DNA of 64,000 nucleotides from Escherichia coli (GCF_009931435.1 NZ_CP043414.1), one strand, 5' to 3'; counted from the first letter of the stretch, positions 15,527-26,763 are shown. The notes: generated by a model from the letters alone, not told the origin. Made by a program: numbers and translations.

Positions 15527-17509
15527 TTAACGGCTCTGCTTTCTCAACAAATAGATAAAATACGGCGCGCCGATAAAGGTCGACAGCAGCCCCGCTGGGA
15601 TCTGGAATGGAAACAGCACCATCCGCCCACACCAGTCAGCGAACACCAGCAACAATCCCCCTACCAGCGCCGAAATCACGATGTGCGGCATCGTCCGTCG
15701 AAAGCCCATCATCCGTGCGATATGCGGTGCCATCAGGCCAACAAAACTCAACGGCCCGATGGTCATTGTCGCGGTCGCCGTCAGGCAAGCCGCCAGCAGC
15801 AGTAGCGCAATTCGCGTCGGCGTCAGCGCCATTCCCACGGCTCGTGCGGTATCACCTCCCAGCGGTAAAATGGTCAGCCAGCGGCGGCACAGCGGGGTAA
15901 TCGCCAGCAAAATCACCATCACAATTCCGGTGCGCCAGACCTGCGCCTCGGTCGCGTTGTAGGTCGAACCGGAAATCCAGGTCAGCACTTGCGCCATTCG
16001 CGGGTCACCACTTGCCTGCAACATCATCAAAAGCATGGTGAACGCAGTACTTAAGGCCATCCCCGCCAGTAACATGCGGTGTGGGGAAAATCCACCGCGC
16101 CCGGCAGCGATCATAATGATCAACAGCGTCACCGCCGCGCCGAGACTGCCCGCGGGTAACAGCCAGCCAAAGGCATTACCCGGCACCAGAAACAGCATCA
16201 ACACCACACCAAACGCCGCGCCTGAACTAATCCCCAGCACTTCGGGGCTTGCCATCGGGTTTCCGGTCAGCCGCTGAATAATACAGCCCGCCACTGCCAG
16301 CATGATGCCCGCAAACAGTGCCGCCATAATTCGCGGCCAGCGCCAGGGCATTAAATCATCGAGCAGCGCCCCGCTCGCCCACGTCCAGCCGTGCGCATCA
16401 CGACCAAACGACAGCGCCACCACCACAGCAATTATCAGCAGCACACCGCCAGCAAGGGCAAACGCCAGCACATGTTGGCGTTCAGTCGCGACACGATCGT
16501 TGGCCTTCATATCCGGCGCACTGATGCTGCGTAAACGCGGCAGCAGCCACAGTAACAGCGGCGCACCTATCAACGCCGTCACCGAACCGGTAGAAACTTC
16601 CATCCACACGCGAGTCAGCCAGAGGATGATTTGATCGGAAAGCCAGAGGATCAGCGCACCAATCAGTGACGCCAGCAGCAGTCTTGGCAGCAGACGCCGC
16701 GCCCCCAGCATTTTTGCCAGCAGTGGCGCGAACAACCCGATAAAGCCGATAATCCCCACCGCGTTCACCAACAGAGCACTGATGACTATCGCCAGCGACA
16801 GCGCCGCCAGACGCGCGAGCGATAAGGCCAGCCCGAGATTACGCGCCACGCCATCATCAAGCCCCATCAGGGTTAATGGACGAAGTAGCAGTAACGTCAG
16901 CATCACGCCGCCCAGCAGCTGTGGCCATAAACGCTCAACGCCGCCCCAGTCGGTTTGCGTCAGCGTTCCGGTACTCCACAGGAACATGCTTTGCAGCTGG
17001 TCGTGATGGAAGATAACCAGTAGCTGATTAATTGCCCCACAATAAAGGCTCACCACCAGCCCCGCGAGGATCAGTGTTACCGGCGAAAGCCGTTTCCCCC
17101 ACGCGACGCCAAAGACAATTAAGCCAACAACGCAAGCCCCCGCCAATGCAGCAAACTGGCTCGCCATAGCACCAGGGATCGCCCAGAGCGTGGTGACGGT
17201 AATCCCCAGTTGCGCGCCTGTAGCAACGCCCAACGTCGTCGGCTCCGCCAGCGGGTTACGCAGCACTTGCTGAAATAGCACGCCCACCAGCCCCAGACCC
17301 GCGCCCACCAGCAGCGAAATCGCCAGACGCGGCAGCAAGCTGTAGTGAAAAATCATCTGCTCGATGACATCGATATCCGGCGACCAGGTGGCCTGCACCC
17401 ACTGGCTACGCGGCAGCGCCTGCGAGAAGTTCATCCAGGTTAGCATCGCTGCGGCAATCACCAGCAGCGCCAGCAATAACGCCGGGAAAAGCGCAATACG
17501 TTTACTCAC
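15527..17509 (-). CDS. fhuB: ferric hydroxamate ABC transporter permease
   Basis: 660-aa ORF with internally duplicated FecCD-type permease halves; last gene of fhuACDB. Confidence 0.95.
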   Translation of the reverse strand: MSKRIALFPALLLALLVIAAAMLTWMNFSQALPRSQWVQATWSPDIDVIEQMIFHYSLLPRLAISLLVGAGLGLVGVLFQQVLRNPLAEPTTLGVATGAQLGITVTTLWAIPGAMASQFAALAGACVVGLIVFGVAWGKRLSPVTLILAGLVVSLYCGAINQLLVIFHHDQLQSMFLWSTGTLTQTDWGGVERLWPQLLGGVMLTLLLLRPLTLMGLDDGVARNLGLALSLARLAALSLAIVISALLVNAVGIIGFIGLFAPLLAKMLGARRLLPRLLLASLIGALILWLSDQIILWLTRVWMEVSTGSVTALIGAPLLLWLLPRLRSISAPDMKANDRVATERQHVLAFALAGGVLLIIAVVVALSFGRDAHGWTWASGALLDDLMPWRWPRIMAALFAGIMLAVAGCIIQRLTGNPMASPEVLGISSGAAFGVVLMLFLVPGNAFGWLLPAGSLGAAVTLLIIMIAAGRGGFSPHRMLLAGMALSTAFTMLLMMLQASGDPRMAQVLTWISGSTYNATEAQVWRTGIVMVILLAITPLCRRWLTILPLGGDTARAVGMALTPTRIALLLLAACLTATATMTIGPLSFVGLMAPHIARMMGFRRTMPHIVISALVGGLLLVFADWCGRMVLFPFQIPAGLLSTFIGAPYFIYLLRKQSR

Positions 17510-18399
17510 GCTTTACCTCCAATAGCATTATCCAGAATACGCACAAAATGCATTGCCGAGAGCGTCGCACCATAAAACCAGACTGCGGGGACGCGCTGAA
17601 AGCGTCCGGCACGGACAAACGGCATGGCCTGCCACAGCGGGGTTGCCATTAGTGCGTCCATGTCTCTGCTGTTGTCGTGATCAAAACAGAGCACATCAAC
17701 GTCCTTATACGCTGCCAGACGATCGATACTGACGGCAGTACTGCCCCAGAAGTTGGTTTCTCCTTGCCAGGCATTTGGGATGCCGTACTCATCGAGAATT
17801 TCCTGGAACAGGCTGTTCGGGCCGAAGACCAGCATATGGCGCGGATCGATAAGTGTCGTCAGCAATAACGGGCGCGCACCACGCTTCACAAAGCGGGGTT
17901 TCATGCTGCGGATAAAGTCTTCATAGTGCGCTAAATGCGTTTCCGCTGCGCTTTGCAGGTTAAGTAAATCTGCCATTTCCGTCAGTGACTTACGCGCCAT
18001 CGCCAGCGGCTGTTTGCCGTCGCTGAAGTTAAATCCGCGCCCAGGCGCAATGCGTGCCAGCATTTCTGGTGAAGGGCCATACCCTGCCGACCAGACCATA
18101 AACGACGGTTTCATTTCGGTCAGCAGTTCAAGGTTAGGTTCTGTCCGCAAACCAACGTCAATCACTGAATCCGGCAATGGTGGCTCGCTGACCCACAGGC
18201 GATAGTTGATGGTATCCGCCACGCCGTAAGGTACGATGCCGAGCGCCAGCAGTAATTCCACCGGCAACCACTCCAGCGCCACAATACGATTGGGATCAAT
18301 AGCCGCCGCGCGGGCGGTATTCATCTGCCATAACAACGGAGAAAGCGCCATCGCTGTTAACAGTCGACGGCGCGTAATTAGAGGTAAGCTGCTCATCAA
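17506..18399 (-). CDS. fhuD: ferric hydroxamate periplasmic binding protein
   Basis: 297-aa ORF with signal peptide; its stop overlaps the fhuB start (ATGA); exact start (18399 or 18396) uncertain. Confidence 0.93.
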   Translation of the reverse strand: MMSSLPLITRRRLLTAMALSPLLWQMNTARAAAIDPNRIVALEWLPVELLLALGIVPYGVADTINYRLWVSEPPLPDSVIDVGLRTEPNLELLTEMKPSFMVWSAGYGPSPEMLARIAPGRGFNFSDGKQPLAMARKSLTEMADLLNLQSAAETHLAHYEDFIRSMKPRFVKRGARPLLLTTLIDPRHMLVFGPNSLFQEILDEYGIPNAWQGETNFWGSTAVSIDRLAAYKDVDVLCFDHDNSRDMDALMATPLWQAMPFVRAGRFQRVPAVWFYGATLSAMHFVRILDNAIGGKA

Positions 18400-19193
18400 T
18401 AAACAAAACTCACAGGTGCAGCACCCGCCGGATGCGGCAAAATACCCATCGGGATGCCATAAATCATTTCGAGGGTTTCGCCGCGCATAATTTCCGCAGG
18501 CGTTCCCTGAGCAATCATTTCACCGCCGCGCAGGGCGACCAGATAATCACAGTAACGCGCAGCCATATTGATATCGTGCAGCACGGCAATGACCGTCAGG
18601 CCACGCTCCTGACTTAAACGATGCACCAGCGCCAGCACATCAACCTGGTGGGCGATATCCAGCGCCGAGGTCGGTTCGTCGAGCAACAGACAACGGCTAT
18701 CCTGCGCCACCAGCATGGCGATCCACGCCCGTTGACGTTCGCCGCCAGAGAGGCTATCGACCAGCCGATGCGCCAGCGGTTTTAAGCCAACCAGCGAGAT
18801 AGCCTCTTCGACCTTTTCGCGATCTGCCGCGCCAAAGCGCCCCAGCGCGCCATGCCACGGGTAACGACCAATCGCCACCAGTTCACGCACCGTCATCCCT
18901 TCTGCCGGAGGAAGCTGCTGCGGCAAATAAGCCACTTTGCGAGCAAACGCTTTGCTGCTCCAGCTTTCCAGCGGCTGGGCATCAAGAAGAATCTCCCCTT
19001 CTGACGGTGGCTGATGGCGGCCCAACATTTTTAACAGCGTGGATTTACCAGAGCCGTTGTGACCAATCAGACCGGTCACTTTCCCGGCAGGAAAGGTTAA
19101 CGACAGCGGATGCAAAAGCGTGCGCCCGGGCACACGAAAGGAGATATTACGCAGTGCAAAAGTGGTATCGGAATGATTCGTGTATTCCTGCAT
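18396..19193 (-). CDS. fhuC: ferric hydroxamate ABC transporter ATP-binding protein
   Basis: ORF 18396..19235; start placed at MQEYTNHSD (265 aa); Walker A GHNGSGKST and ABC signature LSGGERQR. Confidence 0.93.
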   Translation of the reverse strand: MQEYTNHSDTTFALRNISFRVPGRTLLHPLSLTFPAGKVTGLIGHNGSGKSTLLKMLGRHQPPSEGEILLDAQPLESWSSKAFARKVAYLPQQLPPAEGMTVRELVAIGRYPWHGALGRFGAADREKVEEAISLVGLKPLAHRLVDSLSGGERQRAWIAMLVAQDSRCLLLDEPTSALDIAHQVDVLALVHRLSQERGLTVIAVLHDINMAARYCDYLVALRGGEMIAQGTPAEIMRGETLEMIYGIPMGILPHPAGAAPVSFVY

Positions 19194-19243
19194 AACAGCC
19201 AACTTGTGAAACGGGCACGGAAATCCGTGCCCCAAAAGAGAAA

Positions 19244-21487
19244 TTAGAAACGGAAGGTTGCGGTTGCAACGACCTGACGTTCTGCGCCCCAGAAGCAGCC
19301 ATAGGTATTAAAGCAGCTGGCGACGTATTCACGATCGAACAGGTTGTTGACATGCAGCGCCACGTTGGAGCCAGCCATGCCGACCCGCGCCAGATCATAA
19401 CGCACTAACGCATCCACGACCGTATAACTTCCCACTTTAAAGGAGTTAGCCGGATCACCATAGCTGGAGCCAGTATAACGACCACCAGTACCCAGCGTCA
19501 GGCCAGAAAGCGGACCATCAAAGAAGGTGTAGTCAGCCCACAGCGAAGCCATATGTTTTGGCACCTGCGCAGGCGTATTGCCTTTATAGGTAGTGTCGGT
19601 GGTGTATTCTGCATCGGTGTAAGTATAAGAACCAACTACGTTAACACTCGCCGACAGCGCCGCTTTCGCTTCGATTTCTACGCCACGCGCGCGGATTTCA
19701 CCACCTTCAACCGAGAAGAAGGAACCCTCAGGGTCCGCCATCAGGTTGTTGGTTTTAGTGAGATTATACACAGCACCAGTAACCACAATTGGGCGATCTT
19801 CCGGTACATATTTCACGCCGACCTCATACTGCTTACCTTTAGACGGCGCAAAAATATTACCATCCTTCCCAACTTGTGAAGAAGGTTCAAACGATTCGCT
19901 ATAGCTGAAGTAAGGTGTTACACCATTATCAAACAGGTAGTTAACACCACCACGCCAGGTAAACTGTTTGTCATCACGTTTATCGGTCGTCCCTTCAACG
20001 CGGTTATGAGACTCTTGATCCGCCCAGTCATAACGACCGCCCAGGGTGACCAGCACTTTATCCCACTGCGCCTGATCCTGAACATAAACACCCGTTTGTT
20101 TCTGCTTATTCAGAATGCGGTAAGGGCCGGAGTTTGCCGGATCTTTCGCATTGAAGTCGAAATCGGTATTCACCGGATTGTACAGATCGAGCAGCGGTAC
20201 GGAGTCGTCGTAACCAAACCAGGCGTTGATGTCATTACGCATACGCATAAAGTCGACACCGGTCAGCAGAGTGTGGTCGATATCGCCAGTGGCAAACTTG
20301 CTCTGCAACTGGGTATCAACGGAGAAGTTTTGCAGCTTCTCATCATCAACGACGTATTTACGTGCCAGGTAGTGACCTTTATCGGCTGGCGCTAAAGCGG
20401 CACACTGTTTGCTGTAAGCATTCGCCGGATCGGAGCAGACGCCGTAACCATAAACGCTGTTTTGCGAGGTTTTGTTTTCAGCAAAGCGCAGGTTCTGACG
20501 CACAGTAAAGGTGTCGTTAAATTCGTGATCGAAGCTGTAGCCCACCATCTTCTCATTACGAGAATAGGTGTTGTTCTTCGCCCCTTCGTTAAAATCTGTC
20601 GGCAGACGCTTACCGTTCGGCAGCGGCTCAACGGTTCCCTCTTTCGGCAGCCAGCCGTAATAACCGGTTTCCGGCTCGTTCTGGAAGTAAGAAAGGAAGG
20701 TGAAATTGGTTTTATCATCCGGACGCCAGGTAAACGCTGGCGCAATGGCATAACGCTGCTCTTCCGCGCCCTTTTGCTGGGCATTGGCAGAGCGCGCCAG
20801 TCCGGTCAGACGATAAGAGTAAACGCCGTCATCATCCAGCGCATCGCTAAAGTCGAAACCGGTCTGGAACAGGCTGTCTGTGCCCGCTTTAAATTGGATT
20901 TCTTTCAGCGGTTCGGTGGTTGGGCGCTTGCTGACCATATTTAACAGGCCGCCAGGGCTACTTTTACCGTAAAGAACAGAAACAGGGCCACGCATAATTT
21001 CAGCGCGTTCCAGCATATACGGGTCAATAACTGCATCGTTATAGAAGTTGCCTTGCAACTTCAGACCATTCAGATAGTTATTCTGGCTTTGGCCTTCTGC
21101 TGCAAAACCACGAATAATCAAATGATCATAAGTGTTTGATGCACCACGCGTACCGACCGAAACGCCTGGCGTATAGCTAAGCGCTTCTTTTACTGACTTA
21201 GGCTGATGCAGCGCCATTTCTTCGGCAGTGACAACAGAAATTGACTGCGGCACTTTTTGAATCGGTGTATCGGTTTTGGTGCCGGTAGCGGACTGTCGCG
21301 CCGCAATAGTTGCAGCTGGCCCCCATGCGCTTTCTTGCGGCGCTGGTGCAGCGGTAACGGTGATAGTGTCTTCTTTCGGTTCAACCGCTGCCTGTGCATA
21401 AACAGACATGCCGCTAACCGCTGTGGCTACTACAACTGCGATTTTACGCAGTGAGTGTTTTGGCTGAGCAGTTTTGGAACGCGCCAT
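19244..21487 (-). CDS. fhuA: TonB-dependent ferrichrome outer-membrane transporter (phage T1/T5/phi80 and colicin M receptor)
   Basis: 747-aa ORF with signal peptide, TonB box and C-terminal aromatic residue. Confidence 0.95.
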   Translation of the reverse strand: MARSKTAQPKHSLRKIAVVVATAVSGMSVYAQAAVEPKEDTITVTAAPAPQESAWGPAATIAARQSATGTKTDTPIQKVPQSISVVTAEEMALHQPKSVKEALSYTPGVSVGTRGASNTYDHLIIRGFAAEGQSQNNYLNGLKLQGNFYNDAVIDPYMLERAEIMRGPVSVLYGKSSPGGLLNMVSKRPTTEPLKEIQFKAGTDSLFQTGFDFSDALDDDGVYSYRLTGLARSANAQQKGAEEQRYAIAPAFTWRPDDKTNFTFLSYFQNEPETGYYGWLPKEGTVEPLPNGKRLPTDFNEGAKNNTYSRNEKMVGYSFDHEFNDTFTVRQNLRFAENKTSQNSVYGYGVCSDPANAYSKQCAALAPADKGHYLARKYVVDDEKLQNFSVDTQLQSKFATGDIDHTLLTGVDFMRMRNDINAWFGYDDSVPLLDLYNPVNTDFDFNAKDPANSGPYRILNKQKQTGVYVQDQAQWDKVLVTLGGRYDWADQESHNRVEGTTDKRDDKQFTWRGGVNYLFDNGVTPYFSYSESFEPSSQVGKDGNIFAPSKGKQYEVGVKYVPEDRPIVVTGAVYNLTKTNNLMADPEGSFFSVEGGEIRARGVEIEAKAALSASVNVVGSYTYTDAEYTTDTTYKGNTPAQVPKHMASLWADYTFFDGPLSGLTLGTGGRYTGSSYGDPANSFKVGSYTVVDALVRYDLARVGMAGSNVALHVNNLFDREYVASCFNTYGCFWGAERQVVATATFRF

Positions 21488-21508
21488 TGGTATATCTCTG
21501 ATGTAAAG

Positions 21509-21558
21509 TGAATGATAACGTAAACGAGAATGATTATTATAAAGATGAGATAATATTC
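21509..21558 (-). promoter_or_regulatory. Fur box(es) in the fhuA promoter
   Basis: GAGAATGATTATTATAAAG and GATGAGATAATATTC resemble the Fur consensus GATAATGATAATCATTATC, 25-70 bp upstream of the fhuA start. Confidence 0.6.
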
Positions 21559-21705
21559 GAAACGCTGGCGGGTTCGCAAGCGGTACGCAATCTGAGCATT
21601 CCTGAGGGGTTAATAAACAATCAGATGAAAAGAAAGGGTTAATACTTTGGGTAGGATGTTATTTTACCGGATGGCGACTCGCCATCCGGTATGTCAGCTT
21701 AGACG

Positions 21706-24240
21706 TTAATTACTACCAAACATATCCTTGATCCAACCTGCTACGCCGTCACTGTCTTTCTGCTCTTGCTGAGCAGGTTGCTGTTGCGGCTGTTGCTGCG
21801 GCTGAGAAGACTGATCAAACGGATTGCCTGACGGTTGCTGCTGAATCTCACTCTGCTGGCACAGCGATTGCGGATCGCTGGTCCAGACCGGCAAGACACG
21901 CATGCCACCGCTGCAAACAAAGTTGCCGTCGTAGTCCACGCCCATATCTGCAATATCTTCTGGTGGAACAAGATTCAGCGGTGTTGGCGTCTGGTTAGCC
22001 AGATAACGCTGATAAATCGACATTGCCCCGCTGGCTCCATACAGTTTGGTCGGCTGGTTGTTATCACGGCCTACCCAGGTGATGGTCACCGTGCTGCCGT
22101 CAATGCCCGCAAACCAGGTATCTACGTTGTTGTTGGTAGTACCCGTTTTCCCTGCCAGATGCAGATTTGGATATTTCGCCCCAAGCTGACGTCCCGTACC
22201 GCGTTGTACTACCTGCTGCATGGTCCATAGTGTCAGATACGCCGCCTGAGCCGGAACAGCGCGTTCCGCCTGCGGGAAGCTCTGATACAGTACCTTGCCA
22301 TCTTCCGCGATTACCGAACGCAGCGCAGAAAGCGGTGCTCGGTTACCACCACTAGCGATGGTCTGGAACGCCTGCGCCACTTCAATTGGCGTTAAGTTCA
22401 ACGCCCCCAGCAGCATTGCCGGAACCGGATGCAGCTGATCTTTCGGTACGCCCAGTTTAATCCAGGTATCCGTAACCGCAGGCAGACCCAGCGCCATCCC
22501 CAGATTCACCGTCGGCACGTTCATCGAACGTGTCAACGCATCCACCAGCATCACTCTGCCACTTTCGCTATAACGACGGTCATCGTTCTGCGGTGACCAG
22601 ACCTGGCCATTCGGCTGACGCAGCGCGATTGGCGCATCGGCAATCCACGTGTTCAGGCGATAGATTTTCGGCTGGCTTAAGGCCGTCAGATAAGTCGCTG
22701 GTTTTGCAAGAGAACCAATCGAACGACGCGCCTGCATCGCACGGTTGTAACCCGCAAACTGCGGCTCAGAACCACCGACCATCGCACGAACTTCACCACT
22801 AAAGCGGTCGACGACCACAATCGCGGTTTCAAGATCGCTCAACTTACGCTGTTTCTTCAGTGCCGGAATGCCTTCCACGGCGGCTTTTTCTGCCGCGTCC
22901 TGGGCCACCGAGTCAAAGGTTGTGAAGATCTTCACGCCGGAGAGATCTTTTACCTTATCGCCCAGTTTTGCCTGCAACTCCTGACGCACCAGCTGCATAA
23001 AGGCTGGCTGTGGAGAGATTACCCCACCGCGCGGCTGAACGCCCAGCGGACGTGCACTCAACATGTCATAGAGCTCTTGATCAATAATCTGCTGTTGTTG
23101 CAGCAGACGCAGTACCAGATTACGTCGCTCCAGCGCCAGTTTCGGGTTACGCCACGGGTTATAGATCGACGCCCCTTTCACCATACCAACCAACAGCGCC
23201 TGCTGGTCGAGACTCAGCTCTTCTACCGGGCGACCAAAGTAGTACAGGCTCGCCAGCGGGAAACCGCGGATTTCGTTGTCGCCGCTCTGACCGAGATACA
23301 CCTCGTTCATATACAGCTCAAGAATGCGGTCTTTGCTGTAACGCGCATCCATAATCAGCGCCATGTAGGCTTCGTTAGCTTTACGCCAGTAAGAACGTTC
23401 GCTGGAGAGGAACAGGTTTTTCACCAACTGTTGCGTCAGCGTACTCGCTCCCTGCACCGTGCGTCCGGCGGTCAGGTTTGCCAGCACCGCTCGTCCGATG
23501 GAGTAGAGACTGATCCCATCATGCTCGTAGAAATGACGGTCTTCAGTCGCCAACAACGTATCCACCAGCAAATCCGGGAACCCACTGCGCGGCACAAACA
23601 GACGCTGCTCGCCGTTTGGTGAGGAGATCATGGTGATCAGGCGCGGATCAAGACGGAAGAAACCGAACTGACGGTTGTTCTCCATATTGACGATGGTCGC
23701 CAGATGATCGCCATCAAAGGTCAGACGTGCACGCACCTGCCCTTCTTTACTGTCCGGGAAATCAAACGGACGGCGGATCATTTCAATGCTGTTGGCCTGC
23801 ACGGTAAATTCGCCAGGACGGGTCATTTTCGACACCTGACGATACTGGGTCGCCTCCAGCAGTTTCACCATCTCGTTTTTGCTGATGGTCATGTCTGGCT
23901 CAAGGTTGACCATTCGGCCATAAACAGCCGCAGGCAATTGCCAGACTTTGCCATCAATACGGCTACGAATTTTTTGATCGAGATAAACGCCGTAAATGGC
24001 GATCAGCACGGCAAAAACGATAGCAAGTTTTAGCAGTAGCCATAGCCAGCCGCGTTTGCCACGAGGCTTACGCCCTTTGCCTTTGCCCTTACCTTTGCGC
24101 GGCATCGGTTCTTCATCCTCATAGTCATCATAATCGTCGTAATCATCGTCATCTTCATAACGACGACGGCTTACCTTTTGTTTGACCGGACGCGTCGGTT
24201 TCCCTTTGCGTCCAATTGGCTCGCGGTCATTCCCGGCCAT
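21706..24240 (-). CDS. mrcB: penicillin-binding protein 1B (glycosyltransferase/transpeptidase)
   Basis: ORF 21706..24255; start placed at MAGNDREP (844 aa); acidic then Lys/Gly-rich N-terminus, TM helix, TG and TP domains. Confidence 0.95.
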   Translation of the reverse strand: MAGNDREPIGRKGKPTRPVKQKVSRRRYEDDDDYDDYDDYEDEEPMPRKGKGKGKGRKPRGKRGWLWLLLKLAIVFAVLIAIYGVYLDQKIRSRIDGKVWQLPAAVYGRMVNLEPDMTISKNEMVKLLEATQYRQVSKMTRPGEFTVQANSIEMIRRPFDFPDSKEGQVRARLTFDGDHLATIVNMENNRQFGFFRLDPRLITMISSPNGEQRLFVPRSGFPDLLVDTLLATEDRHFYEHDGISLYSIGRAVLANLTAGRTVQGASTLTQQLVKNLFLSSERSYWRKANEAYMALIMDARYSKDRILELYMNEVYLGQSGDNEIRGFPLASLYYFGRPVEELSLDQQALLVGMVKGASIYNPWRNPKLALERRNLVLRLLQQQQIIDQELYDMLSARPLGVQPRGGVISPQPAFMQLVRQELQAKLGDKVKDLSGVKIFTTFDSVAQDAAEKAAVEGIPALKKQRKLSDLETAIVVVDRFSGEVRAMVGGSEPQFAGYNRAMQARRSIGSLAKPATYLTALSQPKIYRLNTWIADAPIALRQPNGQVWSPQNDDRRYSESGRVMLVDALTRSMNVPTVNLGMALGLPAVTDTWIKLGVPKDQLHPVPAMLLGALNLTPIEVAQAFQTIASGGNRAPLSALRSVIAEDGKVLYQSFPQAERAVPAQAAYLTLWTMQQVVQRGTGRQLGAKYPNLHLAGKTGTTNNNVDTWFAGIDGSTVTITWVGRDNNQPTKLYGASGAMSIYQRYLANQTPTPLNLVPPEDIADMGVDYDGNFVCSGGMRVLPVWTSDPQSLCQQSEIQQQPSGNPFDQSSQPQQQPQQQPAQQEQKDSDGVAGWIKDMFGSN

Positions 24241-24333
24241 GCTTTTTCTCCGCAATATTCAGGCGCAAAAGCCCGATTTTCTGTTCTTCTGTAACAAGAC
24301 AGAAGAAGATATCTCTCAAATTTACTTTGGTCT

Positions 24334-26763
24334 TCATGAATACTTTTTCGTCCGTCGCGTCGGTGCGGTATTTGCCGGATCATCCGGCCAGACGTGTTTG
24401 GGATAACGCCCTTTCATCTCTTTTTGCACCTCGCGATACGCACCTTTCCAGAAGGCGCTCAAATCTCGTGTGATTTGCAGCGGCCTTTGGGCAGGAGAAA
24501 GCAACTCCAGCACCAGCGGCACACGCCCCTGGGCGATCGTCGGATTGGTGGCCTCGCCAAACATCTCCTGCATTCTCACCGCCAGCGCGGGCGGGTTATC
24601 TTCATGGTAACGAATGGCGATCCGGCTCCCCGTCGGCACAGTGTAATGCGCAGGCAATTCACTATCCAGACGTTGCTGCATCCCCCAATCAAGTAATCCG
24701 CGTAGCGCCTGATAAATATCGAGTGATTTCAGGCCGCGTAGCGAATGTACGCCTGCCATATGCGGCAGTAGCCACGTTTCCAGCGTCGCCAACAAACTTG
24801 CATCATCAACCGCTGGCCAGTCATATTCCGGCAACCACTTTGCGGCGCATAACAAACGCAAGCGTAGCTGTTCCGCTTCCGCCGTCCAGTTGAGCACGCT
24901 TAAACCTTTATCACGAATGCCGTTAAGCATTGCCTGATGCAACTCGTCTTCCGAGGGTTTCGCCAGCGGCTGCACTTTCACCGTCAACTGACCGATTTGC
25001 AGCCGACGCCACGCTTTCAGCGTACCTTGCGCATCATCCCACTCCACAGTGTCAGACTGCTGTACCAACTGCGGACAGCGTTGTACTAATTCATCGATAT
25101 CGACCGGTAGCGCCAGTAAAATCCGCGCATCCGGCGAGGCGCTGCCCTGCAATAATAACGGTGCGATCAACCATTCGTGGCGGCTTAGCGCATCGTCGGC
25201 ATCGAGCATTGCCCCCATGCCGTTTGCCAGTTGATAGCGTCCATCTTGCCCACGGCGACGAGCAATGCGATCGGCATACGCCCCGGCAAGTAGCGGCGCG
25301 ATAAGAGAACTGTCTGCCTCACCGCCGCGTACGTTTAAACGTTTTAACAGTTGCTGGCTACGTTGCTGCCAGGCAGGTTGATTGCGCGAAAACGCCACAT
25401 CCAGATCGATATTGCCCATCCGTGGTGGCTCTTCGAGAATAGCGGCAATTTTTGCAGCGGTAGCAGCTTCGTCGTCGCTCCTTGCGCTCACCAGCATTGC
25501 CGCTAAACGCGGATCGTTACCCAGCGTCGCCATTTTCTGCCCTTTCGTGCTTAGCCGTTCACCGTCCATCGCCCCCAGCATCCGTAACAGGCGTTTCGCG
25601 GCCTGTAAATTCACGGCTGGCGGTTGATCCAGCCAGCTCATCTGCGTCGGATCGCTGCATCCCCATTGCAGTAATTCCATCAGCAAACCGGAGAGATCGC
25701 TTTGTAAGATTTCCGGTTCACTTTGCGCGGAGGCGCGTTCTGCTTGTTCTTTGGCGATTAAATGTAAACAGATCCCCGGCTCCAGACGTCCGGCACGCCC
25801 GGCGCGTTGCGTCATTGATGCCTGGCTAATGCGTTGGGTAATCAGCCGCGTTAGCCCCGTGCGCGGATCAAAGCGCGCCACACGTTCCTGAGCACAATCC
25901 ACCACCAGACGAATACCTTCGATGGTTAAACTGGTTTCAGCAATATTGGTTGCCAGCACCACTTTGCGCATCCCTTCTGGTGCCGGAAGGATCGCTTTTC
26001 GCTGATCGTTCAGCGACAACGCGCCATACAGCGGGCAGAGCAACACATCACTACCGATGCGCGAAGCTAGTTGTTCCTGAACGCGCTGAATTTCTCCGAC
26101 ACCAGGTAAAAATAACAGTAATGAGCCGCTTTCCTGATGCAGCAATTCGGCGGTGGCAACCGCCACGGCTTCATCAAAACGCTGATGAGCGAGCAGCGGT
26201 AAATATCGGCGTTCAACCGGAAATGAGCGCCCTTCTGAGATGACGACGGGCGCTTCTGGCAGCATCTGCTGCAAGCGGTCATTGTCCAGCGTAGCCGACA
26301 TAATCAGTAGTTTAAGGTCATCACGCAGACCTTGTTGCACATCGAGTAACAGCGCCAACGCCAGATCCGCCTGCAAGCTGCGCTCATGAAACTCATCGAG
26401 GATCACCAATCCAACGCCGCTCAGTTCAGGGTCACGCTGGATCATGCGCGTCAACACGCCTTCGGTAACTACTTCCAGGCGAGTATTTGGCCCGACACAG
26501 TTTTGCGCGCGCATCCGGTAGCCTACCGTATCACCTGTTTTTTCGTTAAGCAGTTCCGCCAGTCGTTGCGCAACGTTACGCGCCGCCAGGCGACGCGGCT
26601 CCAGCAGGATAATTTTTCCGTTAATGCCGGGATGCGCCAGCAGTTGCAGCGGCAGCCAGGTTGATTTCCCGGCCCCGGTCGGCGCACTTAATAACACCTG
26701 CGGTGCACCATCGAGGGCAGCAAGTAACTCAGGTAAGACGGCGGCAACGGGCAACGACGACAC
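24334..26763 (-). CDS. hrpB: ATP-dependent RNA helicase HrpB (DEAH-box)
   Basis: ORF 24334..26808; start placed at the GTG at 26763 (VSSLPVAAV, 809 aa); motifs GAGKST and DEFH. Confidence 0.9.
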   Translation of the reverse strand: MSSLPVAAVLPELLAALDGAPQVLLSAPTGAGKSTWLPLQLLAHPGINGKIILLEPRRLAARNVAQRLAELLNEKTGDTVGYRMRAQNCVGPNTRLEVVTEGVLTRMIQRDPELSGVGLVILDEFHERSLQADLALALLLDVQQGLRDDLKLLIMSATLDNDRLQQMLPEAPVVISEGRSFPVERRYLPLLAHQRFDEAVAVATAELLHQESGSLLLFLPGVGEIQRVQEQLASRIGSDVLLCPLYGALSLNDQRKAILPAPEGMRKVVLATNIAETSLTIEGIRLVVDCAQERVARFDPRTGLTRLITQRISQASMTQRAGRAGRLEPGICLHLIAKEQAERASAQSEPEILQSDLSGLLMELLQWGCSDPTQMSWLDQPPAVNLQAAKRLLRMLGAMDGERLSTKGQKMATLGNDPRLAAMLVSARSDDEAATAAKIAAILEEPPRMGNIDLDVAFSRNQPAWQQRSQQLLKRLNVRGGEADSSLIAPLLAGAYADRIARRRGQDGRYQLANGMGAMLDADDALSRHEWLIAPLLLQGSASPDARILLALPVDIDELVQRCPQLVQQSDTVEWDDAQGTLKAWRRLQIGQLTVKVQPLAKPSEDELHQAMLNGIRDKGLSVLNWTAEAEQLRLRLLCAAKWLPEYDWPAVDDASLLATLETWLLPHMAGVHSLRGLKSLDIYQALRGLLDWGMQQRLDSELPAHYTVPTGSRIAIRYHEDNPPALAVRMQEMFGEATNPTIAQGRVPLVLELLSPAQRPLQITRDLSAFWKGAYREVQKEMKGRYPKHVWPDDPANTAPTRRTKKYS

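Noticed and set aside
15251-15805. 184-codon ORF spanning the hemL 3' end, the REP cluster and the fhuB 3' end
   Set aside because: It runs across a BIME and overlaps two well-supported genes; its translation is Arg/His/Pro-rich with no plausible fold.
21667-21691. Perfect palindrome ACCGGATGGCG.AGTC.GCCATCCGGT just downstream of mrcB, as a possible terminator
   Set aside because: No U-tract follows the hairpin on either strand, so it is not a canonical intrinsic terminator; it may be a structural or Rho-associated element, which I cannot decide from sequence.
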